The translations under genes and the position numbers were made by a program. A stretch of DNA of 6,808 bases from Paraspadella gotoi (Eukaryota > Animalia > Chaetognatha), in the NCBI GenBank assembly GCA_051294375.1, contig JBJCIZ010000518.1, forward strand, positions 1,744-8,551. Reading direction: 5' to 3'. Below the pieces are notes generated by a model. That model saw only the letters and a program-made list of their open reading frames with translations. It was not told where the DNA came from and ran no database searches. Of this stretch, positions 6,600 through 6,808 are shown piece by piece. Every line of letters begins with the position of its first letter. The first letter of the stretch is position 1.

Positions 6600-6808
6600 T
6601 TACCTTACTATTTCACTTATCTTTAACTTATCTATCCCTCATCACTTATTCTTCTATTTCATTTTCTCTTACTAACAATCATCAGCTAACAATTAATTTA
6701 TTATTACTTTTGTTAAATATTTAGTTTTTTCTAAAATTTTTCACTGTTGTACATTGCCTAATAGCGCAGAGTATAAATACAAGACATGGAAAATCTGTCT
6801 TCGAGCCC
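6600..6808. other. AT-rich non-coding flank, pyrimidine-skewed on the + strand
   Basis: No ORF; an in-frame stop for the PLE frame at 6605-6607; sharp compositional change at ~6596. Confidence 0.6.

Noticed and set aside
6640-6695. CTGATGA on the minus strand (6679-6685) with downstream GAAA near a Penelope element, suggesting a hammerhead ribozyme
   Set aside because: Stem II is weak and I could not find partners for stems I and III. The flanks are a direct repeat (CTAACAAT), not complementary arms.
1-6808. Prokaryotic RT systems (retron, DGR, group II intron, CRISPR-associated RT)
   Set aside because: Both RTs carry eukaryotic retroelement signatures (Gypsy RH/IN; Penelope GIY-YIG). No repeat-spacer array or template/variable repeat pair was seen.

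Overview
Eukaryotic transposon-derived DNA with two convergent retroelements and no recognisable host gene. (1) + strand, 1 to ~5038: the 3' part of a decayed Ty3/Gypsy-like LTR retroelement. Its pol (RT-RNase H-integrase, entering from the left edge) is broken by frameshifts. Between RNase H and integrase it carries an insert of roughly 400 aa, which contains what reads as a catalytically dead OTU (ovarian-tumour deubiquitinase)-fold domain plus a disordered Pro/Glu linker. An A-rich spacer follows, then a GC-rich env-like remnant (heptad repeat, WNWL, transmembrane helix, 7-Cys cluster), a candidate polypurine tract and a candidate 3' LTR ending ...AAAGAACA at 5038. (2) - strand, ~6595 to 5039: a 5'-truncated Penelope-like element (RT + GIY-YIG) with an atypical KADD motif. 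Its endonuclease is cut off where the putative LTR ends, suggesting the LTR element inserted into it. The most interesting candidate is an env-bearing, retrovirus-like Gypsy lineage with a pseudo-OTU module inside pol. All domain calls are by eye from motifs; no database search was run.
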